Source: an uncultured Gammaproteobacteria bacterium (lineage in GTDB: Bacteria > Patescibacteriota > Microgenomatia > UBA12405). Taken from it: DNA of 64,000 nucleotides. The translations under genes were made by a program, and so were the position numbers. This document shows, piece after piece, positions 18,330 through 28,126 of the stretch. Under the pieces are notes generated by a model that saw only the letters and a program-made list of their open reading frames with translations, was not told where the DNA came from and did not search any database. The stretch's first letter is position 1; the number at the start of each line of letters is the position of its first letter. The stretch lies in assembly GCA_964549165.1 (NCBI GenBank), contig CAZJUH010000002.1, forward strand, positions 1,896 through 65,895, read 5' to 3'.

Positions 18330-21300
18330 TGTTTAAATTTAAAAATATGCTCGATTTTACTGGTATCGAGATTAAACTCGCTTCCCCAGAAGAGATTCTC
18401 TCCTGGTCAAGTGGTGAAGTTTTAAAACCGGAAACCATAAACTATCGTTCTTGGCGTCCTGAAAAAGATGGTCTTTTTTGTGAAAAAATCTTTGGACCCT
18501 CCCGTGATTACGAATGTTATTGTGGCAAATACAAAAAAATCCGATTTAAGGGTGTTATTTGCGATAAATGCGGAGTTGAAGTCACTACTAGCAAGGTTCG
18601 TCGTGAACGTATGGGTCACATTGCCCTAGCAGCTCCTATTGCTCATTTATGGTACCTTCGAAATACCCCCTCACCTTTAAGTGTGATTCTCGATGTTCCC
18701 CAAAAAGAGCTTGAAGCTGTCGTTTATTTTACAAAATACTTAGTTACTGCCATTGACGCCGATAAAAAGAAAGAAGCTTTAGTAAATCTGGAAATAAATT
18801 CTGAAAAACGCCAAAGTCAAATCGATGTTGACTCAAAAGAGTCAATTGAAAAACTCAAAGCTCAAACTGCCAAAGAGAAAAAAGATCTTGACAATAAAAT
18901 TAAAAATAAAGATCAGCTTTTAATTGCCAAAGAAGAGCGTGAGGTAAGGCTGAAGCAGGATGTTCAAAAAATTGAAAATAAAGCTACCAGCGAGAAAAAC
19001 CGCATCGAATCTTTAATCAAATTTCTTGAAGATAAGATCAAAAGCATGGAAGTTCTCTCTGTCCTTACTGACGAAGAAGAATTTTACTTAGCTCAGTTTA
19101 AAGCCGATATTTTTTATCAGGCCAAAATGGGGGCCGAGGCTTTACTTGAAGTCTTAAAAAATCTTGATTTACCTGAAACTGTAAAAAATCTTAAAAAAGA
19201 ACTAGCCAAAACCAGCAGCAAACTTAAAAAGAAAAAGATCATGTACAAAATCCGAATTTTAAATGGCATGATTGAAAATTCTATTAGTCCCGCCTGGACC
19301 ATCTTACAATATATCCCGGTTATTCCACCAGATCTTCGGCCTATGGTTCAGCTTACCGGTGGCCGCTTTGCTACTTCTGATTTAAATGATTTATATCGCC
19401 GTCTCATTAATCGTAATAATCGTCTTAAGAAATTAATCAAACTTGGCGCTCCTGAAATCATTCTTCGAAATGAAAAAAGAATGCTCCAAGAATCAGTTGA
19501 TATTCTCATTGATGCTCAAAAAGCCTCAAAGAATAAACGAAAAAGTAGCAAGCGTTTACCTCGTTCCCTTTCAGATCTACTTCGGGGTAAAAAAGGTCGT
19601 TTCCGACGTAATTTACTCGGGAAAAGAGTCGACTATTCTGGTCGTTCTGTCATTGTGGTTGGTCCCGAACTAAAATTAAATCAAGTCGGTCTTCCCAAGG
19701 AAATTGCTCTCGAAATGTATCGACCCTTTGTTCTCCGAGAGCTAATGGACAGTGGTCTGGCTGCCAATATCAAATCTGCCAAAAATTTAATTGATCACCG
19801 TATCAATGAGGTTTATGATATTTTGGAAAAAGTTACCAAAAATACTTACGTTCTCTTAAACCGGGCCCCCACTCTTCACAAACTTTCAATTCAGGCCTTT
19901 AAACCGGTCTTAACTGACGGTCTGGCTATTCGTCTTCACCCTTGTGTCTGTAAGGGTTTCAACGCCGACTTTGACGGAGACCAAATGGGGGTTCATTTAC
20001 CTCTATCCGCCGCCGCTCAAAGAGAAGCTAAGCACTTAATGTTGCCTTCGAGAAATCTTCTCAAACCTTCTGACGGGGCTCCAGTTTCTATTCCTTCTCA
20101 GGAAATGGCCGTCGGCTGTTATTACATCACCTCTGTCCGTTCCGAGGATATTTCCAAAGAAACTCAGTCTGATTTTAAAGACTTATCAATTATGGGAGAC
20201 AAGGATGAATTAATTTTAGCCTATCAATCAGGAAAAATTGGCTTAAGAGAATTAGTGGCTGTCAGAATCGAAGGTAAACTAATTAAGACTACTTATGGTC
20301 GAGTTTGGTTTAACTCTGTCTTGCCAAAAGAATTTGAGTTTTTAAATCTGCCTATGGCGGGAGCTAAAGCTTTAAATGACCTAATCGTTAAGTCTTTAGA
20401 AATTTCTAGTCGTTTAAAAACTGTCAAATTAATCGATTCCTTAAAAGATATCGGTTTTGCTGGTTTTACTCTCTCGGGACTTTCTCTCTCTATGCTTGAT
20501 ATGGGCTATCTTCCCGAAAAAAAATCAATTATTGCCGCGGCTGACAAGAGAGTCGTTGAAATTGAAAACAATTATAAAATGGGTCTAATTAGCAATGAAG
20601 AGAAAAAACGTCTCTCTCAAAGTGTCTGGATGGAAATTACCGAAAGTATTGCTGAAAAGACCTGGGAAACTTTAGACAGCGATTCTCCAATTCGCATTGT
20701 TTCCGCCGCTGGTATCAAGCGGGCCAGTAAAGATCAAATCAAACAGCTTTCTGGTATGAGAGGTCTGATGGTTGATCCTACGGGAAAAATCGTTCAACTA
20801 CCTACTAAAAGCAACTTTCGTGAAGGTCTTTCTGTGTTTGAATACATTACCGGTACTCGGGGCACTCGCAAGGGTCTGGCTGACACCGCTCTGCGTACTG
20901 CCGATGCTGGTTACTTAACTCGTCGTCTCGTTGATACCTCTCATGTCGCCATTACCCGCGAAAATGACTGTGGTACAACTCGTTTTTGGACTATTGATCG
21001 TAATGAAAAAGGTCGGGAAAAATTCTTTGGTCGTCGTCTTCTTGGTCGGGTTCTCGGTAGTGATGTCATTGATCCCAAAAACAAAAAAATTATTGCCAAA
21101 AAAGGTGATTTAGTCGACAATCATCTGCAAAGCATAATTGAGACCAGCGAAGTCAAAACCGTTGATGTTCGTTCTCCGCTAACTTGTAAATCAAAAATTG
21201 GCCTTTGTCGTCAATGTTACGGCTGGGATTTATCCAGTCGCCAGCTCGTTGGCTTTGGTGTTCCCGTTGGGGTCATCGCTGCCCAGTCTGTCGGTGAACC

Positions 21301-22069
21301 GGGTACCCAGTTAACTCTCCGAACTAAGCACACGGGTGGTGTTCTCGGAGTTGACGTGACTCAAGGTTTACCCCGTATTCAGGAATTATTCGAGGTCAGG
21401 ACTCCAAAATTACCCTCTCCTCTGGCTGAAATAGACGGCAAGGTAAAAATTAAAGAAAATATCGATGGCTATGAAATAAAACTCAGTGGTAAAGACAAAA
21501 ATAATGCCGCCAAAACCGTCAATTATTTACTTCCCAGCAATGTCACCCTATTAGTTGGTGATGGTGATTTGGTTGGCCAGGGAACTCAGCTTTGTTCTGG
21601 ACCGATTGATGTCAGAGAGATTCTCGAAGTATCGGGTCTTGAAGCTGCTCAGCGCTATCTGATAAATTCCATTCAAGGGGTTTATGAATCTCAAGGTATT
21701 GGTATTCACGATAAACACATTGAAGTAATTGTCAGGGAAATGAGCGATAAACTAAAAATTGAAGATCCAGGTGATACCAATTTCCTTTATGGTCAGGTGG
21801 TAACTAGGCCTGTTTATGAAGCTGAAAATGATAAAGCCAAAGAAAACGTCAAAGACGGCAAAGCTTCAAAAGGACACAAAGTTCTTTTGGGTTTAATTCA
21901 ATCGTCTTTGACCACAGGTTCATGGCTTTCTGCCGCTTCTTTCCAGCAAACTACCGGAGTCTTAACCGAGGCTTCGCTGCTGGCCGAGGTTGATAACTTG
22001 ATAGGTCTAAAAGAAAATGTTATTATCGGACGTCTTATTCCTGTCGGAAAAAGCCAGGAAATTAAATAA
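18329..22069 (+). CDS. rpoC: RNA polymerase beta' subunit
   Basis: Zn finger [28 protein letters not shown]. Confidence 0.98.
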   Translation: MFKFKNMLDFTGIEIKLASPEEILSWSSGEVLKPETINYRSWRPEKDGLFCEKIFGPSRDYECYCGKYKKIRFKGVICDKCGVEVTTSKVRRERMGHIALAAPIAHLWYLRNTPSPLSVILDVPQKELEAVVYFTKYLVTAIDADKKKEALVNLEINSEKRQSQIDVDSKESIEKLKAQTAKEKKDLDNKIKNKDQLLIAKEEREVRLKQDVQKIENKATSEKNRIESLIKFLEDKIKSMEVLSVLTDEEEFYLAQFKADIFYQAKMGAEALLEVLKNLDLPETVKNLKKELAKTSSKLKKKKIMYKIRILNGMIENSISPAWTILQYIPVIPPDLRPMVQLTGGRFATSDLNDLYRRLINRNNRLKKLIKLGAPEIILRNEKRMLQESVDILIDAQKASKNKRKSSKRLPRSLSDLLRGKKGRFRRNLLGKRVDYSGRSVIVVGPELKLNQVGLPKEIALEMYRPFVLRELMDSGLAANIKSAKNLIDHRINEVYDILEKVTKNTYVLLNRAPTLHKLSIQAFKPVLTDGLAIRLHPCVCKGFNADFDGDQMGVHLPLSAAAQREAKHLMLPSRNLLKPSDGAPVSIPSQEMAVGCYYITSVRSEDISKETQSDFKDLSIMGDKDELILAYQSGKIGLRELVAVRIEGKLIKTTYGRVWFNSVLPKEFEFLNLPMAGAKALNDLIVKSLEISSRLKTVKLIDSLKDIGFAGFTLSGLSLSMLDMGYLPEKKSIIAAADKRVVEIENNYKMGLISNEEKKRLSQSVWMEITESIAEKTWETLDSDSPIRIVSAAGIKRASKDQIKQLSGMRGLMVDPTGKIVQLPTKSNFREGLSVFEYITGTRGTRKGLADTALRTADAGYLTRRLVDTSHVAITRENDCGTTRFWTIDRNEKGREKFFGRRLLGRVLGSDVIDPKNKKIIAKKGDLVDNHLQSIIETSEVKTVDVRSPLTCKSKIGLCRQCYGWDLSSRQLVGFGVPVGVIAAQSVGEPGTQLTLRTKHTGGVLGVDVTQGLPRIQELFEVRTPKLPSPLAEIDGKVKIKENIDGYEIKLSGKDKNNAAKTVNYLLPSNVTLLVGDGDLVGQGTQLCSGPIDVREILEVSGLEAAQRYLINSIQGVYESQGIGIHDKHIEVIVREMSDKLKIEDPGDTNFLYGQVVTRPVYEAENDKAKENVKDGKASKGHKVLLGLIQSSLTTGSWLSAASFQQTTGVLTEASLLAEVDNLIGLKENVIIGRLIPVGKSQEIK

Positions 22070-22071
22070 AT

Positions 22072-22494
22072 ATGCCTACCTATAACCAACTAATTAGTAA
22101 ATGTCGCAAAGTTCGTCGTCTTAAATTAAGAACCGGAGCTTTACGGGATAATTTTAATAGTATCAAAAATAGTAGTGTTGTTACCTACAATCCTCAAAAA
22201 AAAGGAGTGGTAACGGTCGTTAAAACCATGACTCCCAAAAAGCCTCATTCAGCTTTGCGAAAAGTGGCCAAGGTTCGTCTCAGTAATCGGGCCACGGTAA
22301 CGGCTTATATTCCTGGAATTGGGCACAATTTAGCCGAACACGGTATTATTTCTATTCGCGGTGGTCGGGTCCGAGATCTTCCCGGTGTCCGCTACCATAT
22401 TATTCGCGGTAAATATGACGCCGGTGCTGTTGCCGGTCGTCAGCAATCCCGCAGTAAATATGGCGCGAAAAAATCCACTAAAGCTTCCGCTTAA
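22072..22494 (+). CDS. rpsL: 30S ribosomal protein S12
   Basis: [24 protein letters not shown]. Confidence 0.97.
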   Translation: MPTYNQLISKCRKVRRLKLRTGALRDNFNSIKNSSVVTYNPQKKGVVTVVKTMTPKKPHSALRKVAKVRLSNRATVTAYIPGIGHNLAEHGIISIRGGRVRDLPGVRYHIIRGKYDAGAVAGRQQSRSKYGAKKSTKASA

Positions 22495-22521
22495 TATTAT
22501 ATGTTAAATTTATTAAAAATA

Positions 22522-22553
22522 TTTAGAATTTAGGCTTTAGGCTTTAGATTTTA
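22522..22553. repeat. Heptamer array between rpsL and rpsG
   Basis: tttagaa tttaggc tttaggc tttagat ttta. Confidence 0.8.
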
Positions 22554-22569
22554 ATTTTTATTTTATTTT

Positions 22570-23052
22570 ATGTCACGCAAAGGTCAAAGCAAAATTAGAG
22601 AAGTTCTTCCTGATACCAAATATAACAGTATTGTGGTTACCAAATTAATTAATCGGGTGATGTATGCCGGCAATAAAAATGCAGCTCAAAAACAAGTTTA
22701 CGAAGCTTTAGATATTTTTAAAAAAGACAGTAAAAGCGAAGATATTATTACTACTCTAGAGCAGGCTCTTGACAATCTTAAACCCAAAGTTGAGGTTCGA
22801 CCTCGCCGTATCGGCGGAGCCGTTTACCAGGTACCCACTCCTGTTCGAGGCACTCGTCAATATTCTCTGGCCATCAGATGGCTTGTCACCTCTGCTCGTA
22901 AACGCCCAAATAAACAATTTCACACTTTTGCTGGGAAATTAGCCGCCGAGCTTTTGGCGACTCTAAACAACGAAGGAGCTTCGATAATGAAGCGTCAGGA
23001 AATCGAGAGAATGGCTGATGCCAACAAGGCCTTTGCCCACCTTAGATGGTAA
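22570..23052 (+). CDS. rpsG: 30S ribosomal protein S7
   Basis: RRIGGAVYQVP, MADANKAFAH. Confidence 0.97.
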   Translation: MSRKGQSKIREVLPDTKYNSIVVTKLINRVMYAGNKNAAQKQVYEALDIFKKDSKSEDIITTLEQALDNLKPKVEVRPRRIGGAVYQVPTPVRGTRQYSLAIRWLVTSARKRPNKQFHTFAGKLAAELLATLNNEGASIMKRQEIERMADANKAFAHLRW

Positions 23053-23069
23053 TATGTTAAGATATTTTA

Positions 23070-24404
23070 ATGTCGTTATTCTCGAAACCTAAAGTTGTTC
23101 TCTGGCCTAAAAAAGACAGCCTTGAAATCTATTTTGATAAAACTGACAACAATACTCTTTCTTTTGAAACTGATCTTTGGCAGGCACAGTCTGAGGACAG
23201 TCTCCAAAATTTAGCCAACTTTTTTCAAAAAAATAATATTTCGGAGGTTTACGTTATCTTGGACGATACTTACGTTATTATCAAAACCTTTATTTATGAT
23301 TCAGTAATTGCAACTCTTGATCCAAATGAGGTAGTTACTTTAGCCAAAGATTCGGTCGATTTCAAAATCTCACCCGAAGCCGTCACCTTTGATCTAGAGC
23401 CTGACAATGAGCGTACTTTAGTTCGTACCCGAATTTTTAATCAAGAAAAATTTCTCCTCCTAACCACCAATCTTGAAAAACTAGGCCTAAAAGTTATAGA
23501 TTTCGAAACTCTTTCTTCCGCCATTGCCAAGCTTTACGCTCATTTTGACAATGGTCAACATTTCTTTTTTTATCCTATAAATACGCACGATTATGTGGCT
23601 ATTCTTTCAAGCAAAGGTCACGTCTATTTGACTTCGATTATTAAAAAAACTTTGCCCGAGCTTAAAAAATTACTTAATTATTCCCAGGCTTTTTTCAATA
23701 ACCCGAAGCCTTCTCAGTATTTTCCCGGTGAAAATTACAATGAAAGTGAAATTTGCCAGCGCTTTCAAAAAGCGTCAAATTTACCTCTGCCAGTTCTTTC
23801 CTTTTTTGTTGGCACGGCCAAACCAAATTCTGCTATAATAAAACCAACAGAACCTCTTATTGATTCACCTCAAAGTCAAATTTCTATGGAAAATAATAAA
23901 AAAAATATTTTACCGATTATTGCTGTTTTTTTAATTACAATTTTAATCACTGCCGCCATTGTTTGGTTTGTTCTTAATCAAAATAATAAAAATACTGAAA
24001 TTAACACTCCTGCCGGTGATTCACTTCCTGAGACCAGTGAAATAAGCGCCACAGTTGTTAGCCAGGCTCCCACTCCAACTTTAGCTGAAATTAGTAAAAC
24101 CATAAAAATTCAGGTTTTAAATGCCACTGATATTAATGGTCAAGCTGCCACTATCAAGACGGAGTTAACCAGTCTTGGTTTTACTAGCGTTACCACCGGC
24201 AATAGGGCTAAAAAAGAAACTACCAATCAGATTCAAGCCAAAAAAGAAATTGCGACTGATTATTTTTTACAGAAAATTCCTCAATTTTCTAAGAGTACTG
24301 TTACCGAATTATCAGCCACTTCCAGTTACGACCTTATTTTTATTATTGGTACAGATCTTAAAGCGACCAGCACTCCCTCGGCTTCTCCTAGTATTAATCC
24401 TTAA
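23070..24404 (+). CDS. Membrane protein with LytR_C-like C-terminal domain
   Basis: TM helix then IQVLNATDINGQA..L..LGF..TGN...FIIGTD. Confidence 0.7.
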   Translation: MSLFSKPKVVLWPKKDSLEIYFDKTDNNTLSFETDLWQAQSEDSLQNLANFFQKNNISEVYVILDDTYVIIKTFIYDSVIATLDPNEVVTLAKDSVDFKISPEAVTFDLEPDNERTLVRTRIFNQEKFLLLTTNLEKLGLKVIDFETLSSAIAKLYAHFDNGQHFFFYPINTHDYVAILSSKGHVYLTSIIKKTLPELKKLLNYSQAFFNNPKPSQYFPGENYNESEICQRFQKASNLPLPVLSFFVGTAKPNSAIIKPTEPLIDSPQSQISMENNKKNILPIIAVFLITILITAAIVWFVLNQNNKNTEINTPAGDSLPETSEISATVVSQAPTPTLAEISKTIKIQVLNATDINGQAATIKTELTSLGFTSVTTGNRAKKETTNQIQAKKEIATDYFLQKIPQFSKSTVTELSATSSYDLIFIIGTDLKATSTPSASPSINP

Positions 24405-24409
24405 ATACC

Positions 24410-25432
24410 ATGAAAATTTTAGTCACCGGTGGTTGTGGCTTTATCGGCAGCAATTTTATCCACTATTGGCTTTCTCGACACCCAGATGATTTTATTGTGA
24501 ATCTTGACAAGCTTACTTACGCCGCTAATCCCGCCTCTCTAAAAGATTTAGACGGTAGTTTTCACTATCAATTTATTCAGGGTGATATCTGTGATGAAAA
24601 TTTAGTCGACACAATTTTGTCAGACAAAATTGAGTTAATTGTTCATTTTGCCGCCGAATCTCATGTTGATCGGTCGATTGATGATCCTCTCCTTTTTGTC
24701 AAAACTAATGTCCTTGGAACCTATACTCTATTAAACTACGCCAAAAAACACGGTAATATTCGTTTTCATCACGTTTCCACTGACGAAGTCTTTGGCTCTA
24801 TTCCTTTTGGCTCATCGGCTCAGTTTTCAGAGCAGACTCCCTATGATCCTTCTTCTCCTTACTCCGCTTCAAAAGCAGCTTCAGATCATTTTGTCCGCTC
24901 TTTCCACAAAACCTTTGATTTGCCTATCACTATCACTAATTGCTCAAATAATTACGGTCCTTTTATGAATCCGGAAAAAATGATTCCTCGGATGATTACA
25001 AATATTATTGATAATAAAAAAATTCCTGTTTATGGCCGAGGAGAAAATTTTCGCGACTGGCTTTATGTGACTGATCACTGCTCCGCTATCGAGTCTGTCA
25101 TTGCTCGGGGGAAAATTGGTGACACTTATTGTATTGGCGGTCTTAAAGAAACTTCAACCAATATTGATCTTGTTAAAAAAGTTCTCAAGTTAATGGGTGG
25201 GGATGAGTCTCTGATTGAATTTGTGGCTGACCGGCCTGCCCACGATAATTATGCCGTTTCTTGGGAAAGAATACATCATGAGCTTGGCTGGGAACCCAAA
25301 GAGACTCTTGATTCTGGCCTTATCAAAATGATTGCCTGGTATAAGGAAAACGAATCATGGTGGCGTAGTGCCAAAACCGAAGCCGAAGCCTTTTATCAAA
25401 AGCTTAACGACTATAAAAATTTAAACAAATAA
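24410..25432 (+). CDS. rfbB: dTDP-glucose 4,6-dehydratase
   Basis: TGGCGFIG, HFAAESHVDRSI, VSTDEVFG, YSASK. Confidence 0.96.
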   Translation: MKILVTGGCGFIGSNFIHYWLSRHPDDFIVNLDKLTYAANPASLKDLDGSFHYQFIQGDICDENLVDTILSDKIELIVHFAAESHVDRSIDDPLLFVKTNVLGTYTLLNYAKKHGNIRFHHVSTDEVFGSIPFGSSAQFSEQTPYDPSSPYSASKAASDHFVRSFHKTFDLPITITNCSNNYGPFMNPEKMIPRMITNIIDNKKIPVYGRGENFRDWLYVTDHCSAIESVIARGKIGDTYCIGGLKETSTNIDLVKKVLKLMGGDESLIEFVADRPAHDNYAVSWERIHHELGWEPKETLDSGLIKMIAWYKENESWWRSAKTEAEAFYQKLNDYKNLNK

Positions 25433-26004
25433 TGCCCTACGAACAAATAAGCGAAACAGATTTAAAGGGTGTTTTTAAAATTCAGCCAAAAGTTTTTATT
25501 GACGCGAGGGGTTATTATTCACCCACCTTAGTCGTCTCAGAGTTTGAAAAAGCCACTAGTGGTTCTTTTAACTTAATTCAAGTTGCCTCTTCATTCAATT
25601 CCGAAAAAGGAATTTTTCGTGGACTACATTATCAAGCTCCTCCCTATACGCAGGGTAAATTAGTTATGGTCACGGAGGGCTCAGTTTTAGATATTGCTCT
25701 CGATATTCGAAAAAATTCTCCCACTTTTGGCCAGCACATCACTGAGGTTTTAACTGCCAAAAAACAAAATCAACTTTGGGTTTCGCCAGGATTTGCCCAT
25801 GGTTATCTGGCTCTCGAAAATAACACCCGCTTCACTTATTTTGTCACCGGTGGGGTTTACTCACCTCAAAACGAAAAGGGAGTTAATGTTTTTGATTCTT
25901 CGCTCAAGATTGATTTACCTCTCAGTTGCGGTGAAATTAAGCTCAGTGACAAAGACCAGCTTTTACCAAATTTAAGCGATATTTTAAAAGAAAACTTATT
26001 ATGA
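25432..26004 (+). CDS. rfbC: dTDP-4-dehydrorhamnose 3,5-epimerase
   Basis: DARG, RGLHYQ, DIRKNSPTFG, GFAHGY. Confidence 0.93.
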   Translation: MPYEQISETDLKGVFKIQPKVFIDARGYYSPTLVVSEFEKATSGSFNLIQVASSFNSEKGIFRGLHYQAPPYTQGKLVMVTEGSVLDIALDIRKNSPTFGQHITEVLTAKKQNQLWVSPGFAHGYLALENNTRFTYFVTGGVYSPQNEKGVNVFDSSLKIDLPLSCGEIKLSDKDQLLPNLSDILKENLL

Positions 26005-26903
26005 AAAAACAAATTTTAGGGACTGGCCTATCCGGCTTAGTAGGTTCGAGAGTAGTTGAGCTCAATCCAGATTTTAACTTTGCCGATGCTTCTCTTGAGA
26101 CTGGCGTCAATATTCTTGATAAAAAGGAATTAGAGCAGTTTTTTAAAGACAATCCCGAGTCTAATATTCTTATTCATTTCGCCGCTTTTACTGATACCAA
26201 TGCCGCCTGGAATCAAAAAGGGGATAAAAACGGTCTCTGCTATCAACTAAATGTCAACGGTACCCAAAACATAGTCGATTTATGTAAAGAGTATCATGAA
26301 TATTTAATCCATATTTCCACTGATTTTGTTTTTGATGGCACCAAAAAAACTGAATATACTGAAAAAGATTTACCTCATCCCCTCGATTGGTATGGGGAAA
26401 CTAAATATCTGGCCGAAAAATTAATTTTAGACTCCGGTCTCCCCGCTTCTATTGTTCGAATTGCCTTTCCTTACCGATCTTCATCAACCACCAAAGTCGA
26501 TTTTGTCAGAAAAATAATTAATAAACTTCAGAATAATGAGACGGTGACCATGTTTACCGACCAGAAAACAACTCCCACCTTTATCGATGACATTGGTCTC
26601 GGTTTGCGCTTTTTTATTGATAAAAAACCAAATGGTATTTACCATCTTGTCGGACCCACTTCCCAATCACCCTACGATACGGCCAAAAATATTGCTCAAG
26701 TTTTTGATTTAAACGCTGATTTAATTAAAAGCTCATCTCTTGAAGATTATCTGCGTACTCCTGGTGCCCGTCCTTATGCCAAAAACTTAAGTTTATCAAG
26801 TCAAAAATTTTCAACCGAATCCGGTTTTTTCCCTAGAAATCCTATTTCCGGTTTTGAAGAATTAAAACGGCAGCTTTCTCTCCCTCCCTCACCGCGTAGT
26901 TAA
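26001..26903 (+). CDS. rfbD: dTDP-4-dehydrorhamnose reductase
   Basis: GLSGLVG, HISTDFVFDG, YGETK, RPY. Confidence 0.9.
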   Translation: MKKQILGTGLSGLVGSRVVELNPDFNFADASLETGVNILDKKELEQFFKDNPESNILIHFAAFTDTNAAWNQKGDKNGLCYQLNVNGTQNIVDLCKEYHEYLIHISTDFVFDGTKKTEYTEKDLPHPLDWYGETKYLAEKLILDSGLPASIVRIAFPYRSSSTTKVDFVRKIINKLQNNETVTMFTDQKTTPTFIDDIGLGLRFFIDKKPNGIYHLVGPTSQSPYDTAKNIAQVFDLNADLIKSSSLEDYLRTPGARPYAKNLSLSSQKFSTESGFFPRNPISGFEELKRQLSLPPSPRS

Positions 26904-28080
26904 CCCCTCTATCTTCCGGATAAATCATCGCAAAATTCGCCTGAATTACTTTATTGTTTGATTGAAGATTGGAGATTGAAGATTGATAATTAGTGGTCAC
27001 AATGTGCTGCGCGTATTTAAATTTAAAAACAAATTTTTCTTCAATTTCTTTTTCCTTAAACTCAGGAAAAATTTTTTTTAGATATCCAAAAAAATCTTTT
27101 TCAATCAAAGCATCTTTACAGGTAAAATATTTGTGATTTTGGGGTAAATATGTTCCCATGTAATAAATATTTTTATCGCCATAATTTTCTGTTCCAACTA
27201 AATTAGTGTGTTGAATAAAAGCCAGAAAAGGGGATTTGGTGTCGTTAATGTTGTGCCAATAAAATTTGCTTAAATTTTGTTTTGAAGAAAAAACTACCGT
27301 TACCGCTCCCAAATAACCAATATTTTCTATCGGCGCCGTACTAATAATTTTGTCATATTCTTTTTCTAATTTTCCAAAATCTAAAATCTCATTTCTCATC
27401 TCTATTCTTCCCCCCATCTTTTTGATTCTCTTTTCTAGTTCATCAATAATCAGTTGAAATCCACCATTCATATATCCCAAATATTCCCTTGCCACGCCAA
27501 AGCCTTTGGCGTCGGCGGGTTTTCCTTTCGAATTCCCCCTGGTATGAATTCTAGCCCACATCCAGGCCATTGAAATATCTTTATACCTATCACTAAATTT
27601 ACCTTTGAGCAGTGGCTCCCAGACAACTCGATAAGCTCTGTCTCCACACCATTTTTTCATCCATTTATAGGCTAAAACATTTTCAAATTTTTTCCAATTA
27701 TTTTTTTTTTCGAGATATATTTTGACCAGACCCAGTCGCAGTTTATCAATTAAACTGAGTGGCTTAAATTTCAATAAATCCATGGCTCCGGCAAAAGGAT
27801 ATACTTTCCCCTCGTAGTAAAGGGCCGTCTTACTCTCATACCATTTCAATTTATTTTCCAAGCCTAATTCTTTTATTAAGGCGATTATTTCTTTATCGCC
27901 TTTAAAAATATGATGATAGGCTTTTTCCAAATTAGTCCCCTCTATTTTAAATCCGCCTAAAAGTCCACCCAAATCCTCGCTCTTTTCAAATATAGTTACT
28001 TGATATTTTTTTTGTAATAGCCGATAAGCGGCTACAAGTCCAGTAATTCCTCCGCCCACCACTAATATTTTCGACTTCAT
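26842..28080 (-). CDS. FAD-dependent oxidoreductase (amine oxidase/HemY-like)
   Basis: VVGGGITGL Rossmann motif, EKAYHHIF, IYPEDRGVN. Confidence 0.85.
   Translation of the reverse strand: MKSKILVVGGGITGLVAAYRLLQKKYQVTIFEKSEDLGGLLGGFKIEGTNLEKAYHHIFKGDKEIIALIKELGLENKLKWYESKTALYYEGKVYPFAGAMDLLKFKPLSLIDKLRLGLVKIYLEKKNNWKKFENVLAYKWMKKWCGDRAYRVVWEPLLKGKFSDRYKDISMAWMWARIHTRGNSKGKPADAKGFGVAREYLGYMNGGFQLIIDELEKRIKKMGGRIEMRNEILDFGKLEKEYDKIISTAPIENIGYLGAVTVVFSSKQNLSKFYWHNINDTKSPFLAFIQHTNLVGTENYGDKNIYYMGTYLPQNHKYFTCKDALIEKDFFGYLKKIFPEFKEKEIEEKFVFKFKYAQHIVTTNYQSSISNLQSNNKVIQANFAMIYPEDRGVNYAVREGEKAAVLILQNRK
26960..26986. repeat. Heptamer array (ATTGAAG) within oxidoreductase gene
   Basis: g attgaag attggag attgaag attga; encodes QSSISNLQS. 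Confidence 0.8.
27487..27519. repeat. GC-rich palindrome within oxidoreductase gene
   Basis: ccttgcc acgccaaag c ctttggcgt cggcggg; encodes PADAKGFGVAR. Confidence 0.75.
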
Positions 28081-28126
28081 TTATGCTATGATACTATGTT
28101 TAAAATCAATTAATAAAACTAAAATT

